Positions 1 through 13,050 of a stretch of DNA of 64,000 nt are shown here, in pieces. The DNA comes from Callorhinchus milii (taxonomy: Eukaryota): assembly GCF_018977255.1 (NCBI RefSeq), contig NW_024704742.1, positions 98,954,001 through 99,018,000 of the forward strand, written 5' to 3'. A program made the translations under genes and the position numbers. A model generated the notes under the pieces. It made no database searches. It had not been told where the DNA came from and was given only the letters and a program-made list of their open reading frames with translations. Each line of letters starts with the position of its first letter. Within the stretch, counting starts at the first letter, position 1.

Positions 1-814
1 TTCCGGATGTTGTTTGTATCAGAGCAGCGTATCTATGGGTGGACTGACATACTTCTGATTACCGAAAGGAATTCAATATTGGTGACTGAATCCTTATTAA
101 GGAATCTAGTTAAGAAATAGAATTTATATTTATGTAGCGCTTTTCATGTCAAGAGGACGCCTCAAAACAATTCACACAGTCGAGCTGTTGGGGGTGGGGG
201 AAGGTTGAGGAAAGCAAATACTCCAAATTAGTTATTTGCCATAGATGAGGTAAATAGCATAAATTAGATCCCAATATCTGCGAAATCTTTAGAATACATT
301 AGAATATACAGCACAGAAACAGGTCATTCGGCCAGTGTTTAAGCTCCACATGAGCCTCCTCCAACCCTTCCTCAACTAAGCCTATCAGCATATTAGAATA
401 CAATATGTGAAACCTGTTGTAGATTAACCATTGATTCTGTTTAATAATATATTTCATAGGTGAAGGATGCTATATAAATGCAAGTTGTTTCTGTGATTAC
501 ATATAGGCAACAGTTAATCAACTTAGTTTCTGAAAATCTTACTTCAAAATAAGTTTCAAGTGAGGCTTATTTTTAGCCCTGAGGAAGTGAGGATTGTGAT
601 GTTTGAGTGTATGTGGCTTAAGTACATCCCTCTTAGGACTTCACTGTAGCTCAATTTGCAGTTCATTCCTTGTGACGTTAACCTATTTTATGAGATTGTC
701 ACACAAGAACATTTGTTGTGAGGGAAATTTCCTACTCAAATGATTTTAGCTTTTCTCGTAGAGGTTGATAAGTGGTCAATGAAGATTGACCGTTCTCAAG
801 AGAACGCATTGGTA

Positions 815-1178
815 ATCCATCCATTTCTTGGCATCCCCCTATCTCTCCAACCTCCTCTCTCCCCACAGCAGTACCCGCTGCCTCCACTCTACTGGGTCCA
901 GCCCCTCCTTGTCCCCTGAATCCTCCGCACCACCATCAGTGACCGTGCCTTCAACCACTATGCCCCAAAACTTTGGAACTCTCTCCCTCAACCCTTTCGC
1001 CTCGCCCCCTCCTTTCCCATCTTCAGGTCGTGCCTGAAGACCTTCCTCTTTGACCGCGCATACGGTGACCTTCCCCCTCGCCCTGGCTCGGTCTCAGGCT
1101 CCGCCATTATTAAGCGCTCTGAGACGCCTCGCAGTGTGGAGGGCACTATATAAATGCAAGTTGTTGTGGTTGTTGTTG
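815..1178 (+). mobile_element. L2-clade LINE 3' fragment, tail type B
   Basis: Decayed ORF2 C-terminus (LASPYLSNLL...). Tail GCGCTCTGAGACGCC...GAGGGCACTATATAAATGCAAG(TTG)n. Very similar to 47483-47814. Confidence 0.85.
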
Positions 1179-1299
1179 TAATACACCAACCAAAGGGGAG
1201 GGGCATGGAAGGAGGGAATCGCTGGTTAAATATTCTGCAAGACTTTCCTTTGTGGGCTAGTGACTGTTCTCCAGGAGAGTTCCTTGTCTGAAGGATGGT

Positions 1300-1530
1300 T
1301 AAACATTCTCCAGAAAATACCTTAAGTGCTCAGTGATAAGTTATCTGGAGTAGCAAGTTAGCCATATATATGTATACTTTTTTTCATCAATAAATGTAAC
1401 CGAGATATTGACATCATGATGACAAGTGATCCTGACAAGTTAAACCAGGGTCGACTTACTAGGAGTTTACTGTACGACGACTGTGTTTTTAAAAATAAAG
1501 GAGAAAAATGGAACAATCCTGTTTCACTTG
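1300..1530. repeat. Second unclassified dispersed repeat; its sister copy is at 3265-3389 plus 5016-5090
   Basis: Shared blocks GCTCAGTGA(T/C)AAGTTATCTGGAGT, GACAAGTTAAA, CTGTACGA(C/T)GACTGTGTTTT and AAATGGAA(C/T)AATCCTGTTT. Confidence 0.7.
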
Positions 1531-2480
1531 GGGTGAAGTCAAATTTAGCTACTCTCCAAGACAACTGCCTGGTGATCCGATGGCTAAGAGGAAATGTAAT
1601 GGTTCTCCGGAAGACTTCACAAGTGCTCCAATGTTAGTTTCAGCAGAGGAGAATTCCATAACATTACTAATGTTGAAGCTAAGCCTGACTCACACAAATT
1701 AAAACAATTCTTTTAAAAAAATGACAGCAAACACAATTAAGGCGGCAAAAAAAGGTTTAGCAATCAAACAAAGCAATCAAACCGTAGCTTAATTTTAAGA
1801 AGTGGACTGAACTGCATGATTTACTTTTGAACACAATCAACTTATTTTTGAAAAAGCTTATTTTAAAACACATTTCATAAGTGATCCATTACCATCACTT
1901 TCCTTGGCAATCAGTTTTTGATGTCGTGGCATCTCAGCATCAATCCTGAAAACGTCCACTTGGGAGTTTTTAACCGATGTACAGAAGCTAGTGAAGAATC
2001 TGGGAAGCAATGTTCTGAAGTCAATGTAGGAGAGTCTGCTTCTGTTAATTTGTGCACATATCACCTTCGGGCAGATATTTTCGCCTGTCATTAACTGACT
2101 GCAGGCCTGTTTTCACCCCCGTGAAACATGATAATTATTAATCTTCCCGTTAAAAGATTCATGAGGCTTTGGATTACTTTTCAGTGAAAGGTCACAAGGT
2201 AAAGTAAATTAACAGACCTTTCAGTAAATGTTACAATAGGGCACTTTTGGTGTAATACTAACCGGTAGGTTTCAGATGTTGGGTTTCATCTAATTCAGAA
2301 TTTAGTTTCCTTCAATTATTTGTGTTACTAAGCCTTGTTTAGATTTCTGTTCATCAGTTGAATAGTAGAAAGTGATTTTGTCACAAATTCTGTTGTTCTC
2401 TTTATTTGAGAATTTTCACTCAAAATCTACATGTCATCTTGTTTGAGGTTGGATAGTTATCTCAAATGCTTTGGATTTGT

Positions 2481-3219
2481 TTTTTTTATTGTTCTTATTT
2501 GGTCAGCCAGGGGTCTGACACATGCGGAAGCCCATTCCATGCTTAAGAGTATCCAAACCAAGCTGAGATTTTCATGCATCCCATCTACACATGGAAATCC
2601 CAGAGATAGCTTGTTGGAATGATATGCACACTCTCTCCCTGGAGGTACACATCATGCTTAATTCTGGAAAGTATTAGGCACAGGTTAGCAAGAGCCAAGG
2701 CTTGGGAACCCCAGAATACTGCTGGAGTCTAAGCAGCTAAAACCACATGGCTTGCCATTGATATTACTGCTTTAAGCTTTCCTGCTGCTTGTCCAGCTAG
2801 GACAAAATAACTAATAATAATAATTTGGTCACTCAATCCACAACTGTTTGTGGGACACTGCTGTGCGCAATTGGCTGCCACGTTTCTCCCACAAAATATA
2901 CAATCAATTCACTTTACAGTATATCCTGTGAAGCTCTTTGATATGTGATAAGGTGCTATATCAAATGCGAGGATTATTATTGTTATTAGGATCACCCTAC
3001 CCATTAGGGCTTTGGTTACCAGGGTTAACAGCCGAGTGGGATGACTTCCTACCCCCAGTGACTAGTTTGCCCTTCCAGGTCCTGCCGATGAGCCAGACCA
3101 TCAGCAGTGCTGATACTGCGGACCCACCTGGCTCAGGAACCGGGCTACTGAGACTGCCACATTCCATTGCCAGGCTTGTCAATTTGGAGCCTGTTCAGCT
3201 CCAAGGAGACCCCGCTTAC
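2481..3219 (-). mobile_element. Unclassified A-tailed retroposon, copy A (contains a SINE insert)
   Basis: Aligns by eye with five other copies. Flanked by CTTTGGATTT(T)GT at 2469-2480 and 3220-3232. Confidence 0.8.
2803..2986 (+). mobile_element. 5'-truncated tRNA-SINE nested in the unclassified repeat
   Basis: 3' half of the SINE. TSD TAGGA at 2798-2802 and 2987-2991. Confidence 0.85.
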
Positions 3220-3389
3220 CTTTGGATTTTGTAGTGTTGAAGAATGCAATTGGAATAAAGTCTCATCACTCCAAGAGAAAAGGGCTCAGTGACAAGTTAT
3301 CTGGAGTGACGAGTTAGGCATTCGTGTGTGTGTGTAAAAACAAATGTGCCCAGGAAATTGACAGCATAATGACAAGTTAAATCTTGGTC

Positions 3390-5010
3390 AGGAACAAGGT
3401 GGGGATACGTTCAGCCACCTCAGCCCCCCCACATCACCTCTCCCTCATGACCCCTCCACCCTCCACCCCTATACACCTTCGACCGTATCTCTCCCTCCTC
3501 CCTCACCACGACTGTCCGCAAACTCAAACCCACCACCTGCTCCCTCGATCACATCCCCACCTCTCTCGTCTCCCAGCTCCACCTTATGACCCTACTTCTG
3601 TCCGATGTTGACAACCTCTCCCTTTCCACCGGTTCAGTTCCCACCCCCCTAAAAAGAGCCGTCATCACCCCCATCCTGAAAAAACCTTCCCTGGATCCAT
3701 CCATCCTCTCCAGCTACCGCTCCATCTCTAACCTCCCATTCCTCTCCAAGGTCCTGGGATGAGTCGTCGGGTCCCAGCTCCGCTCCTTTCTCTCTCGCCA
3801 TTCCCTCTTTGAACCCCTCCACTTCTCCTCTTTACTCAATCTTCACAGACCTGCCCTTGTCTGTTCGATTCCTATCTCTCTCACAGTCTCCACTTCGTTG
3901 CCTCTAACGGTTTCTCCTCCAGGCCCCGCACTGTCACGTCTGGCGTCCCCCAGGGCTCTGTCCTTGGCCCTCTCCTCTTTAATATCTACATGCTCCCCCT
4001 TGGTGACATCATCCACAGACATGGGGTCAACTTCCACATATATGGGGATGACACCCAACTCTATCTTTCAGCCTCCACCCTCAACTCCAGGACCACTGCT
4101 GTCCTGACAGACTCCCTGTCGGACATCAAGTCCTGGATGAGGGCAAATTTCCTACAGTTGAATGTGAACAAGACTGAGGCCCTCCTGATTGACTCGCGCC
4201 AGCGCCTCAGCACCTCAGGCTCTGGCAGCATCAATCTCCATGGCTGCACACTACAACTCACCAGCCAGTCAGGAACCTCGGTGTCTTGTTCGATCCTCAA
4301 CTGTCTTTTCTCCCCCACATTCAAGCCAGGACCCGCTCTGCCTTCCCTCACCTCCGTAACATCGCCCGACTCCGCCACTAACTCACCCCTCAGGCCACTG
4401 AAACTCTTGTTCATGTCTTCATCACCTCCAGGCTTGACTATGCAAATGTCCTGCTTGTCGACCTTCCCAACTCCTCCCTCCACAGGCTGCAGATAATCCA
4501 GAACTCTGCAGCCCATGTCCTCTCCCGCACCAAACTCCGTGACCCCATCTCCTCCACTCTCACCTGACTCCATTGGCTCTCTATCCTTCAGAGGATCCAG
4601 TTCAAGATCCTTGTCCTCACCTACAAAGCCCTCCATGGCCTCGCCCCACCCTACCTCTGCGACCTCCTAACCCCCTACCAACCCGCCCGTTCCCTCCGCT
4701 CAGCCGGCTCCGGTCTGCTCCATGTCCCCCAACCCACCCGCCCCACCAGTGGTGGGAGAGCCTTCAGCCACTCTGCCCCCAACCTCTGGAATTCCATCCC
4801 CCAATCACTCCGCCTCGCACCCTCCTTAGCCTCTTTCAAGTCCCACCTCAAGGCCCTCCTCTTTGACCATACCATCGGTCACCCCCTTCCCTTCTCCTCC
4901 CTTACCCCCCCAACCCCAGCTCAGGTCTGAAATGCTGTACTCTGTCCAGCGCCTTGGGACGTCCTCCCGACGTGAAAGGCGCTATACAAATGTAATCTTG
5001 TTGTTGTTGG
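3390..5010 (+). mobile_element. 5'-truncated L2-clade LINE, tail type A, frameshifted RT
   Basis: Motifs YGDDTQLY and [11 protein letters not shown], plus GGRAFS..AP.LWNS. 3' stem-loop and (TTG)n tail. TSD TGGTC at 3385-3389 and 5011-5015. Confidence 0.92.
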
Positions 5011-6245
5011 TGGTCGAGTTATCAGGCGTTTGCTGTACGATGACTGTGTTTTATAAAATAGAGGAAGGAAATGGAATAATCCTGTTTGATTTGACATTTA
5101 GCAAAATCTAAGTTAGAATAATTATTCACTGTAATGAGCAAACGAGAATTGTTCTCCATTGCTGATTTGAGTTAAATGGCTCTACAAAAGTTTCAGATCT
5201 AAAGTGTTGCAGTGAGGAGATTTCATGATTTCTGCAACTAAATTGGAAAAAAATCCTGTTTGCAATTGCAGCAATGTCCTTCACCAATTTTTGAGTCGTG
5301 TAACTTGAGCTTGCCTCCACACTACAAAGTGGGTGGGAAGATGACCAAATATTCAATATCAAAGTTCATATATGAATAATGAACATTTGGTGAGGGACCA
5401 GAAGACACCAACAACAACAACTTGGATTTATATAGCGCCTTCCACGCCAGAGGGCGTCTCAGAGCACCAATAATTTTGACATGCAAAAGAAGGCAAATAC
5501 CTTGAGGATAAAAGAAAGGGAAGGGAGAAAACTGGTAAAAAGGAAAAAAGTAATAAAAGTGGAATTTAGCCTGCATGGGCAACTAAGATTTTTTTTGATA
5601 ATTTGGGGAGATTTTTGGCATCAAACTGGCTGATTTAATATTGGGGTTTTTCACTCTCCTGCAAGAGACGTCATTGGAATTGTTATTTGCCCTTGTTAAT
5701 TTTTTTCTGTTATTTACACAATTTCATTTTAATGCTTTTGTGGAACTTCCGGTAGTTTGGTTTGAATACTCTTAGCATGGTGATGGTTTTCTGGGTGTGT
5801 CACATTCCTGGCTAATCAAAAATAACATTCTGCTATATTATTTTGTTTTCATTCACCTGTTTGTGGATGGCTTGGCAATAGCTGGTGTATTTAGTATCTA
5901 TTTTAAATTAGTATGTTGTTATATATAACAAAGTAGAAAGGGCTTTTTTCTCATGTTTGGCATTGGACCTCAAAGAAGAATTTGGGCTCTTAATCCATCA
6001 TATCTTGCTAATTATGGAATGACCGCTTGTATTGGGTAGGTTTGCTCAAGGGTTTGTGGTGGATTTGTTTGTATGGTTGCTCATAGGTGCTAAGATTGCT
6101 AAGGAGGTTGTGGTGATTCAAACCTTATCCATTTCCACCCTAAGATAATATTGTTCCCCACTCCCAGTCCCAGCCAAACAGAAACCATTGTGTCATATGG
6201 AGAAACTGTCCATATGTCCTTCAGTACTATTCTACTTCATACAAG

Positions 6246-6898
6246 TAATAATAACCATCCTTGCATTTGATATTGTGTCTGATCTAGTCAGTGAGATGCA
6301 TCTAAGTGCTTCACAGAATATACTGTAAAGTAGATTGACTTTGTATTTGTGGGCTAAACACAGCAGCCAATTGCGCAGAGCAGTGCCCCACAAATAATCA
6401 TGGATTTTTTTGAGGAATTATTAGTGGAGTCCTGTAGCTCAGTGGTTAGAGCACTCACTTCGCAAGCGAGAAACCTGGGTTCGATCCCAGCAAGGCGAAA
6501 CCTTGGGCAAGTTTCCTCACTCCACACGCCTGATAATAATCCCTCAAACAAAAGAAACAATAATAAATTGGTCACTTCAATCCACGACTGTTTGTGGGAC
6601 ACTGCTGTGCACAATTGCTGCCACGTTTCCCCCACAAATATACAGTTGATTCACTTTACTATATATTCTGTGAATATACGTTTCAACGCGCTATATCAAA
6701 TGCAAGGATTATTATTATTATTAACCTCCCAGAAAGCGATCCGCCAATCGATTTAACAACTGGATTCCTACTTACTGATAGGTAAACAGCGGCGTTTGGA
6801 GTAAGGAAACTTACCCAAGGTTTCACCCCGCCAGGGAATTGAATCCGAGTCCTTTCACTTGCAAGACAAGCATATTAGCCACGATGCTGCAGAACTCC
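6246..6898 (-). mobile_element. tRNA-derived SINE, long form, split by the 6426-6723 insertion
   Basis: Tail half (6246-6423) and head half (6724-6898) join into the sequence seen at 9632-9987. Confidence 0.85.
6426..6723 (+). mobile_element. tRNA-Ala-derived SINE, short form, nested in another SINE
   Basis: A box TAGCTCAGTGG, B box GGTTCGATCCC, anticodon-like CGC, Deu-like core CTGTTTGTGGGACACTGCTGTGC, tail CAAATGCAAGG(ATT)n. Confidence 0.92.
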
Positions 6899-9631
6899 CA
6901 AAGCCAATTTACTGCCATATTAATGCCAGCATTTGCCCAGCGCACTGACAACACTTTGCTGGTTGATAAAGATAACAAGACTGTGGCAAGTTCCCTTACC
7001 CACCAATCAGCAAGCAACATTATTGCCCATCCCCAGATTATCTGTTTCACTTCAATCTCCTTTCATTTGTCCAGCTGTGAATGATGACAACATCAGGTTG
7101 TGCATGACTACTTCAATGCAAAGTAATGCTTAGGTAACTGCTGCGGTAAGCAGAAGAACTGCAGATAACTGATTTGTAAATTAAGACGACAGTTCTGAAT
7201 TTTCAAAAAAATCTGCATGATCTTAAACTTTAAATCTTACAGCTAAAACAATGAAAAATCTCAGGCTTCTGGTGAATTGAGTCTGCGACCTTCTGGTTTA
7301 AGAAGTTTGCTTTCCTGGGCAGTGCTTTTCAGTGCTATCAGAGAAAACCCAAATTCAGTTATTTGCTGAATCAATCGGAACTGCCCTGGCTTGAATCATT
7401 TTGTTTTTGTAATTTGGGTCACTTCTCTTCCCAGCAGATGTGTGCTTGTGATTGATCCAAATGTTAAATTAAAAAGAACTGGTTTCTCGCAGAGTGAAGA
7501 TGGGTCATTGTTTAAAGTGCTTTGAGATGTCCTCCCAAGGGGAAAGGAACTGCATAAATGCAAATTGTATTCTGTGTTCAAATAATGCTTAATGTCACCA
7601 AGTTAAAGTAATAATATTAATCTGCAACACGTAAGAATGTTCTCTTCGTTTTATTACTCCATGTATAATAAATAATGTGAATATTTCTTTCAGAAAGACA
7701 AGAATTCATCAAGTAATGAATGAGTGCATGGGTTGTATGTTACCATAATAAAGATTCAGAATTAATTAATTGAAATATAAATTTGACTATGTAAATATAT
7801 ATAGGGAGCATAGTATAACATGTCATCCAGTAAATGGCATTTAAAAGCCTGAGTAAAGCCATGAATCTATAACAAAAATGAGTTGGAGCAATGGTGTCTC
7901 CAAATGCAATGTTACAAGTAATACATAGTAAGGAACTGGCTTCTGTGAAACTATATTGCAGTTTAGGGTTCTCTTAGGGTTCTATTGGTAATTGCCCCGT
8001 GTAAAAATCACCCGTACCAACAGAAATGCCTTCAGATTCCATATCCTTTTTCAGTCTGTGCTGAATTAGTTGAACCTCGTATCAAAAGTCCTATGATTGA
8101 TCTATGCATCCCTAGGTCAACCAGAGTTCCCACACCCGATCACAATCATTCGATGAGGCCAGGATCAGGCTTAGCTGGACTGCCCTACATTATTGAATAC
8201 CTGTCAACAAACATTGTTTGACTCAAATTTGAGACAAAAGGTTCTTGGACAAGGTACCAAGCAGTAGTCAGTGCCTGTGAAACCGAACACCAGCATGTCT
8301 CACTATGAACAGCTTTACGAATGGAAGGGGGTAAATTGAATGAAATATTTGTATATTGTTTTCCATATTTATTTATCTATTTATTTATTTTCTATATACT
8401 GGAAATGTTGATGCTTATTCTGCCTGTTAGTTGTAAGAATCAGATCACTAGTTAGTAAGCCTGTTCCACAGAACTATTCATCAACATGTGTAGTTATTCT
8501 TTGTACATATTTTACAAGACTTAGGGAGCCTATTGTACAAGGTTGTGACTAGGTGGACTCCAGTGTATCTATTCGAACAATGTGCAATTGGATATATTTG
8601 AACTGTGCATCTGTTTTCAGAGTTGGAGGGCTCATATTTTAGCTGCTGTGAATTCAGAATTGAAGCTGGTGAAAAAGTGGAAGGACCTCCACTGGGTATG
8701 ACATGTAATCTAGTATACATTTGTGACTAGATTGCCAATAAATCAGACAGACACCTTCTACCCAAGAGATTCTTCACATGTGAGTACAAACTATGAAGGG
8801 TTGGCCCTGCTCAGCTGATCATAGGAGATTTGTGTAGCACAGACAGACATTACTGGTGTAGTTCTAATATCCTGCAAGCAAGCAGATGTGGTTCTCCTAT
8901 TGAAGAAATGTGGCAGAACCATTTTGTCCCACAAACTATACAGTAAATTCACTTTACAGTATATTCTGTGAGGTGCTTTGAGATGTCTCGAAGACATGAT
9001 AAGGAGCTATATCAAATGCAAGGATTATTATTATTACCTGGCATCTGCAGACCCATTAGGCTGACCCCAATAATTAGAAAAATGATAAGAGCCAATCATC
9101 AGAAAGAAAATAAAGGATTACTTATATAAAAATAATAAATGACACCCAACCTGGGCTTAGAAGGGTTAGATCTTGTTTGACCAACCTCCCGCACATTTTG
9201 AGGAAGTGAAATTCCAAACTGACTGTAGATAATCATATGACATAATTTGTCTAGACTTTCAAAAGACATTTGACAAAATATCACATTGTAAACTCCTTCA
9301 CAATCTGTTGTGACCGAGTATGAAGGGTAAGACATGGGCCTGCATTCAAAATTGGCAGAAGGCAATAAAACAGAGGGTAGATCTTAACTGGGTCAAAATT
9401 AGGGGAGGTATCAAGCGGGATGCATCAAGCATCTGACCAGAGTACCCTTCTGTTCCTCATAAACATTAATGACCTGGATTTGCAGACCCAGTGTAGGGTA
9501 ATTCATTTTGCAGATGACACTATGTTGGGAGAACTGTGGAATGAGATGAGACAGTATAGATCTTACAAAGAGAGCTGGATCGGGAATGCACATCGGCTGA
9601 CTGGCAAATGAAGTTCAACACAAATAAATAC

Positions 9632-9987
9632 AATAATAATAATAGTCCTTGCATTTGATATAGTGCTTTATCATGTCTTTGAGATGTCCCAAAGCGCTTC
9701 ACATAATATACTATAAAGTGACATTTTATGGGCGAAACCAGCAGCCAACTCTGCACAGCAGTGTCCCACAAACAGTCGTGGATTAAAGTGACCAATTTTT
9801 TTTGAAGGAATTACTACCCCCGGAAAAATAATCCACCAATCGACTAATAACCGGGTTCCTACTTACTGCTAGGTAAACAGAGGCATGTGGAGTAAGGAAA
9901 CTTGCCCAACATTTTACCTTGCTGGGAATTGAACCCAGATCTCTTGCTTGCGAGGCGAGCGCTCTAACCACTGAGTTACAGGACTCC
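9632..9987 (-). mobile_element. tRNA-SINE, long form
   Basis: Full head (GGAGTCCTGT...), internal segment, core and (ATT)n tail. Confidence 0.92.
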
Positions 9988-10267
9988 ATGGTATTATATA
10001 GAGAAATTAAGAATAAGATGGACATTTATGGTAATATTGAACTTGCCAAGAGGAAAGCTGAAAAAGATCTAAGGGTGTCAGTTGACACATTACTCACCAT
10101 GTTAAAACATTGTAAGATAGCAAGACAGCAATAAGCAAAGCGAACAGCATGCTAGGGCTACATTTCCAAATCAGATTAATTTAGAAATTTAGAAATCGTA
10201 TTCAATCTGTACGGTGTTCTGGTAGCCCATACCAATACTGCACATAGTCCAGCACTCGAATCGTAAC

Positions 10268-10848
10268 GTCCTGTAGCTTATTAGTTATGAGCACTCACCT
10301 CACAAGCAACAGGACTTGGGTTCGATTCCCAGGCAGGGCGAAATGTTGGGCACGTTTCCTTACTCCACACGCCTGTTTACCTTGTAGTAAGTAGTTGATT
10401 GGTGGATCGCTTTTCCAGGGGTAATAATCCTTTTAAAAAAATTTAAAAGTAATAATTTGGTCACTTAGTGCATGACTGTTTGTAGGACACTTGATGCATT
10501 TGATATAGTGCTTTATCACGTCTTCGAGATTTCTCAAAGCGCTTCTCAGAATATACTATAAAGTGGATTGACTGTATATTTTGTGGGTGAAAGATTGCAG
10601 CCAATTGCACACAGCAGTGTCCCACAAACAGTCGTGGATTGAAGTGATCAATTTTTTTTTGAAGAAATTATTACCCCGGAAAACTGATCTGCCAATCGAT
10701 TAACAACCGGGTTCCTACTTACTGTTCCTACTGGTAAAATGGACGTGTGGAGTAAGGAAACTTGCCCAACAAGTTTCATTCCCTGGGAATGAAACCCAGG
10801 TTTCTCGCTTGTGAGACAGGTGCTCTAACCACCGAGCTACAGGACTCC
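10268..10848. mobile_element. Tail-to-tail tRNA-SINE pair (10268-~10492 +; ~10495-10848 -)
   Basis: Two long-form copies in inverted orientation, directly abutting. Confidence 0.88.
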
Positions 10849-12297
10849 AATAGTTTAAGATGAACAAGACAGGGTTTTGCAAGGGCCAATTTCACAAAAG
10901 ACACCAGGAAGTATTTCTTTAACCAGAAAGTAATTAATAACTGACGTACTACTGGGAAGGATGGTTGAAAAACAGCTTAATGCTGTGATAGGAAGATAGA
11001 AAGGAAGTTATTCAGCAATGAGACATTTAGACTGTGGGTACCTATAATATTATGCGTCACATGTAATACTCACTTTAAATTGGCCTTGAGAAATGTCTTG
11101 AAGTGGGGTAAAATGTTTTAGCTCCATCTAACGAACAATTTTTTTGTTTGACCATGAACAGCATTGTAGTAAAAGGTTGGCTTAGTTGTATTTCAGCAGA
11201 TCTTTTGGGGCAAGATGTATAAACCAATGTTAGATTTAAATTAATGTAAGACAAAATTAAATCCAACTTTACAAAAACAGAATTAAATGAATGGGAATGC
11301 ATTACATGTTATATCACAATCATTCAATTGGCATGACATTAAAGACAATAAAATCTTGATCTATATAAAGAAGGGACAAAAGTCTCTTTGTGTTTCATTT
11401 AAATGTATACAGAAGCAATATTTATTGGCCCATAAATAAATGAATGAATGAATGTTTATTTCTGTGTTATTGATGGCTAATTTTCTTTTATTAATGCATT
11501 TAGACTTCGGCATAATTAATTTTTAAAAATTGCCAGATGGAATACCCATTGGATAAGTTGGTAAAACTCACTCCCTGGTATAAAGTGGTACAAGGTCCCA
11601 GATTCAGTTGTCAGTAGGTGCCAAGTTTGCTAATCTCAACTGGGGTGGAAGTAGGGAATGAACATATAACATCAGCACCCATAGGTGAGGAAGAGTGAAA
11701 ATCGCTCCTGTCTGATGATCTCTATTGGCAAGTTTATGCGTATGGATGTTAAATATGGGCATGATCAGATTTGCAGATTTAGCTGGGACATTTTCTCCAT
11801 TCCAACTCATCCATCATTTGCATTATTATGTGGCTTGACTACACGCATGATTTCTTGGGTGGGGTACAATTTCCTGTGGAACCTTATCCTGGCACCATCA
11901 GTAGATTAAAAAAATGCACAAGAGAAATTTTGGATAGGTAAATAAATTGACGGTGGAGCTTTGATATTTTTGCAAATATGTATTTTGCTGAGGGCAAAAA
12001 AATATCTCTGAGGTTACTGCATACGTAAGTTGAAAAGCCCAAACTTAACCAAGCAGTGTAATGTTCTGTGGCTGACACCACAGTGAGTCATGTTTATTTA
12101 GCCAGAGGTCTACACAGTTAAATGATGTTATCCACCCGTACAGTAGGAAACAAAGGTGTGGCTTGTTTCTAATTGATGTTTAGCCTGAAAATTTCTCTTG
12201 GTCAGACACAGGGTTGAGAAATGTGCACATAGTGTTTTGTAGCACAGAATCTGTTCTGGCTAGTTGTGTCTTTACTGGCAAATCAGAAGTAAATTAC

Positions 12298-12580
12298 AAT
12301 AATAATCCTTGATTTGTATTTCAAGTTTTCTAGACGTCTCAAAGCGCCTCACAGAATTGACTGTATACTTGTGGGCGAAACCCAGCAGCCAAATGCACAC
12401 TGCAGTGTCCCACAAACAGTTGTGGATTGAAGTGACCAATTTATTATTGTTTTTATTCTGGAGGGATTATTATCAGGTGTGTGGACTAAGGAAACTTCCC
12501 CAAGGTCTCACCCTGTTGGGAATCAAACCCAGGTCTCTCGCTTGCGAGGCAAGTGCTCTAACCATTGAACTACAGGACAC
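12298..12580 (-). mobile_element. tRNA-SINE, short form
   Basis: Head, core and tail present; internal segment absent. Confidence 0.88.
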
Positions 12581-12822
12581 CCGTAGCTAAATTGGTAGAA
12601 ACAAACATTGCCACCAAACTATAGCGACCTCTGTAAATATCGCTTTATGTTTACTGAACATTTCAAAAGTTGAAGAGAGAGAAAACGAAGAAAATGAAGT
12701 GAGCAATGAAAGAAAAGAAGTGTGTTACTTTTTTCCACTCCTTTTTTTAGATCTCCTTGGTCACATACAGTACTCATTCCATTGTCTAGAGGGTGGGCAT
12801 CTAGTTTACTTAATAGTAATCA

Positions 12823-13050
12823 TGGAGTCCAGTGGCATAGTTAGAGCACTCACCTTGCAAACAAGAGGACACAGGTTTGTTTCCCAGGTGGGGCAAAACC
12901 ATAGCAAGTTTTCTTACTCCACACACCTCTGTTTACCTAGTAGTAAATAGGAACCCGGTTATTAGTCAATAGGCGGATGGCTTTCTTGGGGTAATTATCC
13001 CTCAAAAATAATGTGGCTACTCAATCCATGATGATTTGTGGGAACTGTTG
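12823..13050 (+). mobile_element. tRNA-SINE, long form, 3' end missing
   Basis: GGAGTCC head and the CCTCTGTTTACCTAG..GGAACCCGG segment. Confidence 0.8.

Larger units (their letters stand above)
9235..11000 (+). mobile_element. Decayed CR1 LINE interrupted by three tRNA-SINE insertions
   Basis: LDFQKTFDK (~9250), INDLD, HFADDT, WQMKFN (~9602), EKDLRVSVD (~10060), KANSMLG, and a CR1-like 3' end at ~10870-11000. Confidence 0.75.

Noticed and set aside
3990..4866. Reverse-transcriptase ORFs as a functional or domesticated gene (also 16106-16967 and 59286-59852)
   Set aside because: They are 5'-truncated, frameshifted or partial, with LINE tails: ordinary L2 fragments.
6426..6500. tRNA-Ala-like sequences here and at about a dozen other sites
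   Set aside because: The acceptor stem does not close, and each runs into a common body and (ATT)n tail. They are SINE heads, not tRNA genes.
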